A stretch of DNA of 64,000 bases from Vitrella brassicaformis CCMP3155 (Eukaryota > Protista > Chromerida). The translations under genes and the position numbers were made by a program. This document shows, piece after piece, positions 24,801 through 38,051 of the stretch; position 1 is the first letter of the stretch; every line of letters begins with the position of its first letter. The DNA is taken from assembly GCA_001179505.1 (NCBI GenBank), contig CDMY01000164.1:1-64000 (forward strand), written 5' to 3'. The notes beneath the pieces were generated by a model. The model was not told the origin of the DNA. It did no database searches and was given only the letters and a program-made list of their open reading frames with translations.

Positions 24801-25183
24801 CACTCTCTCACGCCGAAGTCATGAAGGCCGTCCGCTCAAAGGACACACCCACGGCAGCCTTCATCGACAAGCCGTCCAAAGAAGAGAGTGCGGCTGACGA
24901 TGCATCTGCCGACCCTCAGCAGCAGGGGCAGGGACAGCAGCATGAGGCCGGTGGTGGTGCGGACGAGGCACACGCAGATCACGAGCAAGAGCAGCCGAAC
25001 GATGCCGGGCGGCAGGATGAGCCGGAGGTAGAGGGGTCCAAGGGGAAGCAGAAGGGCCGGCAGAGGGAGAAGGGTGCGGCCTTCTTAGAGTGGCTAAGCC
25101 ACATGCAGCTGTGGACGGGCCCTGCTGCCCCGGGGGTGGGCGGCCGGGCTCGTGGGATGGGACACGTCCATGAAATGCAGTGA
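21085..25183 (+). CDS. AGC-group NDR/LATS-type Ser/Thr kinase with long low-complexity C-terminal tail; start approximate
   Basis: NDR-like N-terminal regulatory segment (EMEAMGFTEEEKDAM), GAYGIVY, MEFVQGGDLM, HRDVKPDN, LLDFGLAK, a long insert before REQMASMVGTWDYMAPE, DVDWWAVGVIMYEMLYGGPPF, and AGC C-tail HPFFKGIDF...PPFVPQLSGPLDTSYF. Confidence 0.85.
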
Positions 25184-25768
25184 GTGAGGGGTGGATGGAT
25201 GGATGCATGGACCGATGGACTGTATGTCTGGATGTCATTCATCCACTCGTTGAAGTGCGGTGACGCGCGTCAACGGTTGGTCGTACAGACGGCGAGTGAG
25301 TGAGTGACTTAGTCTCGCTGCATTGCGCATTGCATTTGCCACATTCAGTTGGTGCACCCGGTGCGTGGCAGTCACGAGGTCTCTCACAGACAGACAGACA
25401 GACAGACAGACAGAGAGTGAATGGACAAATACATACCACACACAGGAGGACGTACAACCACCACAAGACAGACACACCTACTTAATTGGCCTCTCACCCA
25501 CAGAAAGTCGCGCTCTCGGGCTCGCTCACTCTCGACCGCTCTCTTGAGACACGCAAAGATCACGTGTATACGGACGGGTAGACACACCGATGCATCCACC
25601 GGCCACGGAATAAAGTCCCACACCACGCACATACGTACGCAACGGTCACAGACAGACAGACAGACAGACAGACAGAAAAACGCCAACACACGCCACTCAC
25701 TGGTGGATAGCTATAATTTCGGCTACACGCTTACAGACACATCCTCCTTCCCCCCCCCCCCCCCCCCC

Positions 25769-26068
25769 NNNNNNNNNNNNNNNNNNNNNNNNNNNNNNNN
25801 NNNNNNNNNNNNNNNNNNNNNNNNNNNNNNNNNNNNNNNNNNNNNNNNNNNNNNNNNNNNNNNNNNNNNNNNNNNNNNNNNNNNNNNNNNNNNNNNNNNN
25901 NNNNNNNNNNNNNNNNNNNNNNNNNNNNNNNNNNNNNNNNNNNNNNNNNNNNNNNNNNNNNNNNNNNNNNNNNNNNNNNNNNNNNNNNNNNNNNNNNNNN
26001 NNNNNNNNNNNNNNNNNNNNNNNNNNNNNNNNNNNNNNNNNNNNNNNNNNNNNNNNNNNNNNNNNNNN
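25769..26068. other. Assembly gap (300 N)
   Basis: 300 N flanked by poly-C. Confidence 1.
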
Positions 26069-26263
26069 TCCCCCCCCCCCCCCCGTCGCTTCTCTCCCTC
26101 TCTGCCGGAGACCTCACTCCACCCACCACATGCAAACCCATACAGACAGACAGACAGACAGACACAACACACACACACACGGACGGCACCCACTCACTCC
26201 ACGATTTTTGCAGCAGCTACATACCACACATTTACACACATCACGGGAAGTCGCTTTGCTACC

Positions 26264-28006
26264 TCATCTGATGGACTTGGCGTGGACCATGTAGAACCAC
26301 TTGGCCGACTCGCCGAAGGCCTCCCCGTTCTCGTCCCGCAGGTACTGGTCGCGGAGGTCTACCGGCGTCCAGTGGTTGATGACCTCCCACTGGTGCTGCT
26401 TGAGGAATGGGGCCGCCTCGCCCTTGGGGATGCCCCAGGTGATGGGGGTCTTGTAGTTGAAGAGCGCCCGGACAATGCTTTGGCACGCCTTGTCGTCGGT
26501 GGTGCTGTCCGTCATGCACTTGTCCGTGTAGCTGACAGACAGACAGATGGACACACAGGGGAGGGAGGGAGGGAGAGAGGGAGGGATGCAGGCCGGATCT
26601 GATGGTGGTTACTCGAAGACGATGGAGCTTTCTCTGTTGGCACAGAGGTTCTGCACACACACCACACACACCACACACACACACAGAGCCGGACAGACGG
26701 ACAGACGGATGGAGGTGTGGTCTGTCTGTCTGTACGTGTCTGCCCTGCTCACGCACTCACCTGCACGGCAGCCAGAGTGCTCATGACTCCTTGGGCAGAC
26801 AGGTAGTAGGTCACCTACAACAAACAAACAAACAAACAAACAAACGACATCCCCCCAGGTCATCCCTCACCCCCCATGTGTGTGTGTGTGTGTCTGTCTG
26901 TCTGTCTGTGTGTGCCTCAGTCAGCTCAGCTCACCCCCTCCCAGACGAACAGGGTGTTGACTTCCTTCTTGAACCCTGCCTCGACCAGCACCTGGTCGAC
27001 GCTCTGCGTGTTGAAGTCACACGACACGAAGCGCACGTCCTCATAAAGCGACGGAGATATCGACGGACTCTGCACACACACACACATACACACACACGCA
27101 TACCACACCACACAGAGAGAGAGTGAGACCAGACCACCATGTGGCGGATGGAGCCCCCAGCTGAGCTGTCGGGGCTTCCCGCACCTCCATGAGTCTGAGC
27201 TTCTCGTCCTGCACGACCTTCTGGTCGACCTCATACATGGTCACAGAGTACCTCTTGCGCAACTCGGCCAGCCGGGCGAATTTCGTGTCATAACCTGATA
27301 GACCTCACACAATGATAATTAGTAGAGGAAGGAAACGGTGCCATTCGATGACTGACTGACTGAGGGTGGGTGGGTGGATTTGCTCACTCACTCACCGGCG
27401 CCCAGGAGCACCAGCTGCAGCGGGGCTGAGTCCGTTGACGCCTCGATGGCCTCACGGCAGATCTTGTCCAACGCCTTGGTGCGAGCTGACACACCCACAC
27501 CCACAGACACGGCCAGCCAGCCAGACGGACAGACAGACAGACAGACACACGCACCTGCACAACAACTCTCTCTCTAGGTCGAGTCCCTCCCTCCTCACCG
27601 ATGACGAATGCGACGATGCCCCATCTTTTGGCGTTGGCCTTAGCCATCAGCCGCTTGTAGGCCGGCTTGGGCAGCACCATCAACGCTCGGGTGTACAGCC
27701 ACCACTTCCACCTGATCAGACAGACAGATCAGCGTGTCAGACGTGATGGATGGATTGACACAATGCAGTGAGTGCACGAAATACAACGGTTGCAACACCA
27801 TGCACCCTCTCAGTCTTCTTCCCCTAAGGTACTAACGTGATGAATGCGGCGATGACTTTGCGCTCCTCGAGAGGCAGGTCATACGGCGGTGGCAGATGGG
27901 TCATGGCCATGCGGACGCAGGAGATCAAGATGGCGTTGCTGGCCTGCTGGTTGCGGTCGCGCGAGACTCCCAGCGCTCGGAAGCAGGCGCTCAGCTGCTG
28001 GCCCAT
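26264..28006 (-). CDS. SAM-dependent methyltransferase, leucine-carboxyl-methyltransferase (LCM/YktD-like) family; multi-exon
   Basis: Spliced: ARTKALDKICREAI...QLVLLGAGYDT...YEVDQKVVQDEK...RFVSCDF...LFVWEGVS. N-terminus MGQQLSACF. Confidence 0.8.
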
Positions 28007-28351
28007 GATGGATGGATGGATGGCTGAGTGACCTGCTGATCTCTGCACTGCAGTCTGCACAGACAACTTGAAGGTACCTGCAGATCACACACACGGCAGG
28101 CACTCTGGCTGCCGTTTTTCTCCTTTCTTTTCGCTGAGCTTGGCCTGTCCCACCTGAACGTAACGTCTCCCCTCCTCCTCCTTCGCTTCCTCCTTCAAAA
28201 AAGCTCGCAAAAAACCTCAGCTCGCAGCTCTTTCCTCTTCCCGAAACGGCTCCATCGCACGGACAGCCACACACTCCACGGTCCACTCACTCATCGGTTG
28301 GTGTATCGATTGCTGTAGTTTGACCATCTTGAAACTTAATTGATGTGAGCG

Positions 28352-31300
28352 ATGGGGAATTCCATCCGCAGCGAGGCTGGCAGCGATGCGGGCAGCGCGC
28401 GGGGCACCCACCGCGACAGTGAGCACCCTGGCGGGCAGAGCGCCTCGTCGGTGTCGGTCCTGGACTCCAAAATCTCCCGGGGATACGGCAAGTTTGAGTT
28501 CAACACAGGAGATGTCTACGAGGGCGAGTACGAGGGCAAATACAAACACGGTCAGTCAGCGCCACTCACTGAGGCGACCGACAAACCGGCGCACAGGCCC
28601 TCGGACAGACAGACAATGGGTTGGTGTGGTGTGTTGTGTTGTGTTCTGTCTGTTGTGCCTGTGTGTCTGTGTGCAGGTATCGGGACGTACTTGTATCACA
28701 ATGGCGATGTGTACGTGGGGGAGTTCTACCGCAACGCGCGGCAGGGGTGGGGCGTGTACATCACGGCGGGCAACGAGCGGTACGAGGGACAGTGGGCGGC
28801 GGACAGAAAGTCGGGATACGGGCTGATCTCGCTCAAACACGGTATGGTGTGAGTGAGGCATGACAGCTGTGCACAGTTGCAGCCAACAACACGACACCAT
28901 ATATAAACACGGAGGCATGGGATGCGATGGATCCATATATCCCTCTCTCTCTGTCTGATTGCATGTGTCAGGGATTCGTTTCATCGGCCAGTTCAAGAAC
29001 GACAAGCAGCACGGTCTCGGCGTGTGCTTTCTCGCCAACGGGTCGCTCTTTGCGGAGTGGCGCAAGGACGGCAGGGAGACCCGCAAGGTGCCCCTCTTCC
29101 ACGACCTCATCCTGCCCAAACCATCAGACAACCACCAGCACCAGCAGCACCCGGACAGGCCAGACGGCGCACACCCACACTCACACTCAATCGGCAAGAG
29201 CAGAACCGCCACCAGCAGCCCCGCCTTCAGCCGGTCTCGGTCACGTGTGCGTGACAGAGACAGAGACCACACCCGGCCACACCCAGACATCAGCATGGGC
29301 CACCGGTCGCCATCGGAAGCTGGGGGCGGCCAAACCAGCAGCTTCGACACCATGAGCAGCGACTCCTCTGGGGACGAGGGCCCCTTCATCATGGACCACC
29401 TGCACTTCCTCGATCGGCTGCCGGTGCTCCAGAAGCAGCAGGACGGTGGCGAGCCGGCGGCCGCTACTGCCGCTGCAGCAGCGCTACCGGTGGCAGCACC
29501 GGGTGTGGGCGAGACGATCAAGAAGGTGGTCAGCGGTCGGCAGAACATGATGCGGTGGCCCCACCCGCACCTGCAGGGGCGGCTGCCTGTGGGGAGGGAC
29601 GCGCAGCGGATCGCCGAGATGTCCAAGGCTGAGAACTGCCTCGGCTGGAGCACCTCGGAAACCTGCCACTTCCTCAGGTGTCTGAGTGGACTGATGGGAC
29701 GGACGCACAGAAATCCTTTTTCTTTCGTTTGTGTAGTGGATGTCCGCGTGTGTGTGTTGGTGTGTGTGTGCGGTGTCAGGTGCATGGGGCTGGAGCGATT
29801 TGTGGACATATTTGAGAAGGACGCCATCAACGGTGCGGTGATTCCGCTGCTGAGCGAGCGGGAGCTGCGGGCTCTGGGCGTCGTCGATGAGCGGGCCTGC
29901 AAGCTGCTCTACCTGGCCTTCTCACTCCTGCTCAAGCTCAGACACAGAGCCATCAGCAAGAAGAGCCTCGCTGACGGTGAGTAGAGTAGCTAGCTGGCAT
30001 TTCACGCGCGCAGCGCACAGACAGAGGGCGAGAGGGAGGGGAGGGGAGAGGGACAGACAGACACACCCATTCTGTGCCTTCGTGGTGTGCAGGTTTCGAG
30101 ACGTTTCTCAAGTCGCCGACGTTGTCTCTGATCCTGATCGACCCGCGCGACATTCAGCTGGACCACTGCATCGGGGAGGGGGGCTACGGCAAGGTCTTCA
30201 AGGGGCGACTCAAGAACAACGAAGTCGTCGCCTGCAAGATATTCAGAGCCAAGGACAAGGACACCGTCGCCAAGGGATTCTACCAGGTAGGTAGGGTGCA
30301 CACGCCACTGTGGCGCAAAGAGAGGTCGATGCGATGCATGTGTGTGTCTGTGTGTGTCTTGGCCAACCATGCCATCCATGCAGGAGTTGTCAGTGCTGCA
30401 TCGGCTGCGCCACCCGAACGTGATTCAGCTGCTGGGTCTGTGTCTCGACCAGCGGTATATGATCGTCATGGAGTTCCTGCCGTGCGGGTCGCTCTTTGAC
30501 GTCCTGCACAGACACAAGCTCAAGCTCGAGCCGCGCAAGATTCTCCGCATCTCCAGGGACATCTGCTCGGGCATGGCCTACCTGCACGAACAGGTAGGCG
30601 CACGCACACGCACACACAGGAGGGTGGTCGCATCACGGCAGACAGACACCATTTCTCTCTCTCTCTCTCTGTGTGTGGTTGTGTGTGGTTGTGTTCACCA
30701 GGGTGTGTTGCACTGTGATTTAAAGTCGTCCAACATAGTGGTGTCAAACAACTGGGACATCAAGATCTGCGACTTCGGCCTCTCCAGCCCCCTGCGGGAC
30801 TACGACAGGAAGTTCCACATGACATGCCCCAAGATGCTGGGGGCCGTCGGCACACACCACTGGATGGCACCAGAAGGTACGTAGGGACCCACGGCCACCC
30901 ACCTTCGTCCTTTGCGCGCAACTGGATGGATGGATGGATGGACTGACGAACGAATGTGTGTGTGTGTGTGATGCATGGCTTGGTTGTGTTCAGTGTTGCG
31001 CGGCGACGAGTTCACGCAGGCGGCCGATGTGTATTCGTTTGGGATGATCCTGTGGGAGATGGTCTGCAGACAAATACCACACCACGGTAGGTACGCCACC
31101 ATCGTGTTATGAATGTGCGTGTGTGCGTCCTGTCCGCCTACACATGACATGTGGCTTCGTTGCCCTTCCCCCCCNNNNNNNNNNNNNNNNNNNNNNNNNN
31201 NNNNNNNNNNNNNNNNNNNNNNNNNNNNNNNNNNNNNNNNNNNNNNNNNNNNNNNNNNNNNNNNNNNNNNNNNNNNNNNNNNNNNNNNNNNNNNNNNNNN

Positions 31301-33515
31301 NNNNNNNNNNNNNNNNNNNNNNNNNNNNNNNNNNNNNNNNNNNNNNNNNNNNNNNNNNNNNNNNNNNNNNNNNNNNNNNNNNNNNNNNNNNNNNNNNNNN
31401 NNNNNNNNNNNNNNNNNNNNNNNNNNNNNNNNNNNNNNNNNNNNNNNNNNNNNNNNNNNNNNNNNNNNNNNNNNCCCCCCCCCCCCCCTCCCTGCCTGCG
31501 TCCATTACTCCATCACTCCATCCATGCATCAGGTCTGACGCAGGTGCAGATCACGGCGACAGTGGGTTACGGCATGCGGACCGCCAAGATACCCGACGAG
31601 GTCCCAGAGACCCTCCGCCGCATCCTCGAGGCCTGCCTAGCCCCCCTGCCCGAGGACCGGCCCAGCTTCAGAGACCTCGCAGAGCAGTTCGACGCCGTCC
31701 TCCAGACGGCCATCCTCGACTTTGAAGAGAACCTGCGGGAGTTCTTCGGCGCCTACGAGCAGCTGCCGCCCTACGACTCGCCCGCCGACCTCATCAAGGC
31801 GCGGCGGCAGTCCGACGGGCACATGGAGGCCAAGGCTGTGGACGCGATGCTCGAGCACATGACCAAGGAGTACCCCAGCAGCGACGCGACCATCCCCCAG
31901 ACAGACGACGAGATGATGAGCCCCGAGCTCACTGACACTAGTCGGAGGGGCACCAGGTGGCCGTTCGCCTCCCAGCGGGCCATCAAGACCGTCCCCACAC
32001 CGATCGAGCCCCGGCAGAGATCCCTCTCCGCCCCCCAAGAGCTGGTCCCGGCTGATGCATCTGCGTCATCGCCGCTCGCACCGGGCCCGCAGCGACCGCC
32101 GGCCACGCCCCCTCCCCCGCACCCCAAGGAGCTCACAGCCATCACGGAAGAGACCGAAGAGGAACCGTCGGTGCACAGTGACGGCGTGGTCTCGCGGGTG
32201 GTGCTGGTGCCGCCCAAGTCCGAGCCGCCGCCCATTCGCTCACAGACGAGCTCTGGCCAAGGATGCTGCGCCAAGTCGTCGGGTCGGTCCGAGCCGGACT
32301 GGCTGTATCGCGATGATAGAGGGGGGGCAGAAGCCTTCAAGCCGGCAGCCGAGGAGATGCAGATGCAGACGCACGAGCGGGATGGCAACAGCGACAACGG
32401 TTCGGGTCAGCGAGACAACGACACAGACGGGAAAGGGCGGAAAGTCAAGGAGAAGGAGTCTCACCAGCAGCAGCCCCCACACGCGTCTCGGCCACTGGAC
32501 CTGCAGTTCATCGATCATCAGGAGGGGGCGGCTCCTGTTGCTGCGGCAGCCGCGGCTGCTGCTGCTGGGGGNNNNNNNNNNNNNNNNNNNNNNNNNNNNN
32601 NNNNNNNNNNNNNNNNNNNNNNNNNNNNNNNNNNNNNNNNNNNNNNNNNNNNNNNNNNNNNNNNNNNNNNNNNNNNNNNNNNNNNNNNNNNNNNNNNNNN
32701 NNNNNNNNNNNNNNNNNNNNNNNNNNNNNNNNNNNNNNNNNNNNNNNNNNNNNNNNNNNNNNNNNNNNNNNNNNNNNNNNNNNNNNNNNNNNNNNNNNNN
32801 NNNNNNNNNNNNNNNNNNNNNNNNNNNNNNNNNNNNNNNNNNNNNNNNNNNNNNNNNNNNNNNNNNNNNNNGGGCGGGGGGGAGGGGGAGGGGCTGAGGG
32901 TAGTAGTGGCTGTGATGGGAGCAGTTCCATGCGGACGATGTCTGGCGTGAGTACTCGGTCGGCGCACTACTGGAGCGGCTTTGAGCGATGGCTCGGTAAG
33001 AAAGAGAGCGATACGACGGATGGCGGGGAAAAAACGGTCTCATAATGAATTGTGTTGCATTCTTGTGTGCAGATGTGGTAGATTGGCACCACCAGAAGTA
33101 CGATTGGTTGGCGCACCGTCCGTGTGACAACCCCCTGCTGCACCTCTACAAGGACCAGCCCCTGCAGCCGGACGTCTACATGTCGCCAATCGGACCCTTC
33201 AGGGTGCGCACAGGGACACACAATCACAACACAATCACATCACAACACAGCACAAGACAAGACAGACACTTGTTCCTTGACCTGCTTGTTGCGTGTGTCA
33301 CTCAGGTCCGTCGGCACCTGCCCAACATATTCAGCCATCTGTATGGGTCGACCTACCACAAGCACCACAACAACAACAACAGCCACAGGCATCCCCGCAG
33401 GTCCAAAAGCGGCGGGAGCGGCCCCTCCCCCAAGAGCCACCCCCACATTGTCCAACCGCACGCGCAACGGCGTCCACTCTGCCTCGCCCCACTACCACGC
33501 CCCCCCATCACCTGA
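28352..33515 (+). CDS. MORN-repeat + SAM + tyrosine-kinase-like (TKL) protein kinase (architecture of apicomplexan TKL1/TKL3)
   Basis: MORN repeats (GDVYEGEY, GDVYVGEF, ERYEGQW, IRFIGQF), SAM domain (WSTSETCHFL..GLERFVDIFEKDAINGAVIPLLSERELRALGV), kinase (IGEGGYGKVFKG, HCDLKSSN, ICDFGLS, GTHHWMAPE, DVYSFGMILWEM). Tail spans two gaps. Confidence 0.88.
31175..31474. other. Assembly gap (300 N), in a TKL intron
   Basis: 300 N between poly-C tracts; flanking exons join in frame (CAC G|GT CTG). Confidence 1.
32572..32871. other. Assembly gap (300 N), in the TKL low-complexity tail
   Basis: 300 N between poly-G tracts. Confidence 1.
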
Positions 33516-34961
33516 CCACCGGCAGAGAGACCGGGGGCGGTCTGACAAGGGCGGGGGAGGGGGCAACCGGTGAGGGAGAAACACACGCCCTCTCACGCGA
33601 GAGGGGCAAGGAAGAGTGTGTGTGTGTGTGTGTGTCAGGAGGGCTGTGCGAGGCAGCGCGAGAGACGTGAACCGTTCCTGGGGCTGACGGCTGACGAACA
33701 AGGCACGTGCAGCCACGGAGCAGGGCACGGGCAGTGGAAAGGCGAGCTTCTTTGCTATGTAGGGATTAGTTAGGTCGGCTCGGCGTGCAAGTGGCATGCA
33801 TCGATGCATCTCTCAGTGCAGTGCTCCCCGTTTGCCCTGTCCATCACTCAATTGCTCACCAAACAAGACAGACAGAGAGAGAGACAGTAGGGCGTTCTCT
33901 TTTTCCAGCGTGCGTGGTTGCGAGGGCTGCTAGGCATAACATGGCATGGCTGGCTTCCTTCCCTCCCTGATTGCATCGTGTTGTTGAAGTTCCCGTAATG
34001 CGGCGCCGATCTCTCCTGATGGAGAGACTTTTGGTATTGTTGGCGCCCTGGGCTCCCTCATGGTGCATGGCTGGTTGGCTGATGGATGGATGGCTGGACA
34101 AAAGAGATTTGTTGGGGTCGGGGGGACAGTGACGCCTGCCTGTTTGGCTGAATGGAATGAATCCTCATGAGACGCGCCCGTGGTAGATGCAGCCAGGCCA
34201 GTAACCGGTGTGTTAATAGCCGTTGACTGACTCACAGACAGACAGACAGACAGTCTTTTTCTGTCGATGGTGACCGGATGGATGGACAACCTGATAGGGA
34301 GCGCAGTGACCTGCCTGCCTGGCCAAAGGAAGGGCTGCTCTGCTCCGATTTTCGTAGTAACCGACACACGGGCAGGCAGGCAGACGGCGGCTGCGCTGCA
34401 CGTAGGGCCTTTTTGAACTAACTAACGAGCCACATGACAGCTAAGTGGGGGGCTGGGTGGACGGATGGATGGATGGGTGTCAGGTGCAGCACTGTATAGA
34501 CAGCGAGCGCCACTCGTGTGTCCACGAGTGAGAGGCAGCGAGCGTATTTATGGCAGTCCGTCAGTCCGTCAGTCCGTCAGTCAGTCAGTCAGTCGCGTGT
34601 GTCGGCTGTGTGTCGATCAGTGGTTTGTTTACTCGCGCCAGGTGCACTGCATGGGGTGTGGTGTGTGTTGGCTGGTCTGACGATGCGATCCCTATCGACG
34701 CCGACTAGGCCGCCCGGCACATAAGCCGTGCCCTGCACACATGGCATGGATGCACTCATCGACACACGAGACAAGACACACTCACATGGAACCTGCGCGT
34801 CTGCATGGCATGGGTGTGTGGAGTGAGTGAGTGAGTGAGTGAGTGAGTGGACCAACAGACTTGGCTTTGTTGTGTTGCGTGATGAATGATGATATCATGT
34901 TCCTTCGATCAGACAGAATGAATGTTGCAGGGTTTGGAAACCGATAGGGTTTCTGGGCCGC

Positions 34962-37428
34962 ATGCACGGGTCATCATCATCGAGCAGCAAGGGCACGGCA
35001 GGAGGCATGAGCGGCGACGTGATCCGGCTCAATGTCAGCGGGTACGTCATGGCCTTCCCGAGTGACGTGCTGCTGCGCGATGGGCTGCGGGACAGCTGCC
35101 TGGCGGTGCTGCTTCATCGGTTCGGTGACTGGATGCACAAGGATGCCGAGGGGACTCTGTTCGTCGACGCAGATCCACTCTACTTCATCTGGTGAGGGAC
35201 GAGGGGAGCATGCAGTCAATGACACTCATTCACTCAATCCTTGCTTCGCTGCTGCCTGTCTGTCTGTCTGTGTGTTTGTGTGTGTGTGTGTGTGTGTTTG
35301 CCAGGTTGGCTGAGAAGCTGACCCGCTTGAAGCATGGGTGGGTCGACGAGATCCAGATCTTCGACGAGGGGCCGCACATCACCTTCTACCACGACATATT
35401 CTTCGCCACGTCGCCCATCGACATCGACGGACAGCCCGCGGCGATGTTCAAGAGCTTCATGGCCATGATGGGCGCCTTCATCAAGTCGTCCATAAAGGGC
35501 GGCAGGGGAGGGTCGGAGGTGCTGAGTGTGACTGTCGGCGACCGCACAGTGGCGACCACCGACGCCACACTGGCCGACTTCGACACACTCAACGACCGAT
35601 TCACCAAGTGAGAAATAGGGAGCGAAACGATATGGAGACGATCGGGACCCTTCCCTCCAATATCACTGATGCAGGTATGGCGGTGCTCCCATCGTCGATG
35701 TGTCTGCACGCCACTTCGAACTGTGAGTCCCACACATGACCACATGGAACTAACAGCAACACATGTATGTGTGTGTGCTGTTTCTGTGTCCAGTATCGTT
35801 GACTTCGCGCGTCGCTGCCGACTCGCCCCCGATGGCGCCGCCGTCCCGCCGCCCACGTGTGCCGACCAGGATGAGCTGCTGCGTGTGAGTGACATGTACG
35901 GCGTCCTCGAGGCCATGTACCCCAATATACTCGCCAACGACGCCATGCAGACGCTCCTCGGCATGACGGGGAAGAAAGAACCGAACAGAACCTGCCTCTA
36001 CAAGTGAGAAATGGCAAAGCAGGGAGGGCAGCGTGTTATGCTCTATGCGTTCGTCGGCATGTCTGTGTGGTGTGTGTGTCTGTCAGGAGTGCGCTCCACG
36101 GCTCGTTGTATGAGAGCATGATGCAGCGCGTGACGGGCCGCAGCGGTCTCCTGTTCGTCATCAAATGCGACGAGACCAACACCATTGCAGCCTTCGTCGA
36201 CGCACAGCTATACCTGCCGTCCGACCCCACACCCGAGTTGCACTTTTGGTGCCCCGTGTCGCTGTTTTCGGTGTGTGGCTCGTTTAAGGAGGGCATCACC
36301 AAGATCGAGCTGCCCCAGGCCGAGCAGTGCGCGTGGGCGGCTGGCACACATGGGGCGCTGAAGGCCCTGTTTGGTTGGACGCCGTTCGGCATGCTTTCCA
36401 TCGCTGGCGGCCGCTTGTGGATGGGTCGTGAACTGCGTGGCTCGACTGCTGACCTTCACAGGTGCCGACAGTGGGTGAAGAAGGAGGAGCTGCCGGCCAA
36501 CAGGAAGTTTGTGGGCAAGACAATCAACAGCCAGGAAGCGAGCCTCTGTGGTGCTGAAGACTACTACTTCACAGCCGAGCGGTTGGAGGTCTTCCAGGTC
36601 AACCAGAGAGCACACAAGGGCGGGCCTGTGGGTATCATTACATCCTTCTCCCCTCTCTGTCCTGTATGGTGCTGTGCAGGTGTGGAGCGCTGTGCCGGCC
36701 GACCCCATCCTGTCTGAGGCTGACCTGCGAGCACTCGTCGACGCGACCGGCATGACAGACGCAACACCACAGCTCCTCTACAAGTGAGTGACCAAAAAGA
36801 GGGAGCTTGTTTGTGACTCTTCCGTGTGCATCTGCCTGTCAGGGCTGAGCGTGACGGCTGGGAGCACGAGACCATGCTCAAGAACGTTGGCGTCGCCACC
36901 GACCTCTTGCTGCTGCTCAAAGACCCCGGCGGCCCCATCATCGCCACCCACATCGAGGGCGGTCTCACCCCACCCCCTAACCCCACTGCAGTGGCGAAGA
37001 TCTCCTGTGCCGTGTCGCTGTTTTCGGTGTCCGGTGCGTTTGAGGGCGACGGCATCACCAAGATCGAGCTGCCCAAGGGGGAGCAGTGCGTGTCGGTGGC
37101 TGGCGTGCAAGGGGCGGTCAAGAGTCCGAACGGAGAGGCGGTCGGCAAGGTGTGCATCGGTGACATGACAAACGACGCCAGCAGCCGCCTGTGGCTCGGC
37201 TTCAGCGAGCGGGGGCGGGCCGGCACCCTTCGTCGCTGTCATCAGTGGTTGCTGAAGGACTGCCTGCCAGCCGACAAGAAGCATACCGGGACCATCTACG
37301 CCCAGGACCGCAGCAGCCTGGGGTACAGCAATCGCTTCACGCTTGCCGATCTGGAGGTCTACACACTGCACACACCGCATAGCAGGCAAGTAGAGGGAGG
37401 GAGGGAGGAAGTGGGGAGCAGTGGGTGA
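34962..37428 (+). CDS. KCTD-type BTB/POZ + two TLDc-like domains
   Basis: VIRLNVSGYVMAF...LFVDADPLYF (BTB), a second BTB-like start VLSVTVGDRTVATT, then two LLYK...HG...LLFVIK/LLLLKD...IAAFVD/IIATHI...LEVF/LEVY TLDc-like units. GT-AG introns consistent. Confidence 0.7.
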
Positions 37429-38051
37429 GCGCCATCGCCACCATGCTGCTCCCGCGATCGATTTGATGGCTGTTGCAGCAGGCAGACAGGCAGGCAGGCA
37501 GGCAGGGGCTGTTTTGTGTACGTTGATGAAGTGTTGTCGCTGTTTGTGTTAGTGCATGGCATGGCGAGTGGTGCATTTGAGCGATCATGGCGTCACGATG
37601 CCGGGCATGATGGCCGGGCACAGTTTTGGATCGACTCTGCCATGCACGTACGCCTTCATTGGTTCTATGCATCCATGCGTCTGTCTGTGGTGCGTATTGG
37701 ATGTTCGTCTGGATGTCAGTCGAGCGAGACAAAAGACGAAGGCTGGCCGTTGAGCTTGTGATTTGAACAAAATTGACATCACTCAATGTCCATCAGCGAA
37801 TTACTTACTGGAGCAATGGCCGCATACACCGCAGCCATAGGGAGGGAGAGCGACACACTCACGCACACACAGGCGGGACCGTCACAATGCACACACACAC
37901 ACAGAGACGTCTCGCTCCCCTTGTGTTGACGCAAACAGACAGAATCAAAACACACACACACAAACATCATGGACACCAGCAGACAGCCCTCCAAAACACC
38001 ACACACCTCACCGAACCCTGCATGCCACTCAAATGCGTGGGGCTCCGCATC

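Noticed and set aside
18913-33130. ORFs containing long X runs
   Set aside because: Artefacts of translating through 300-N gaps.
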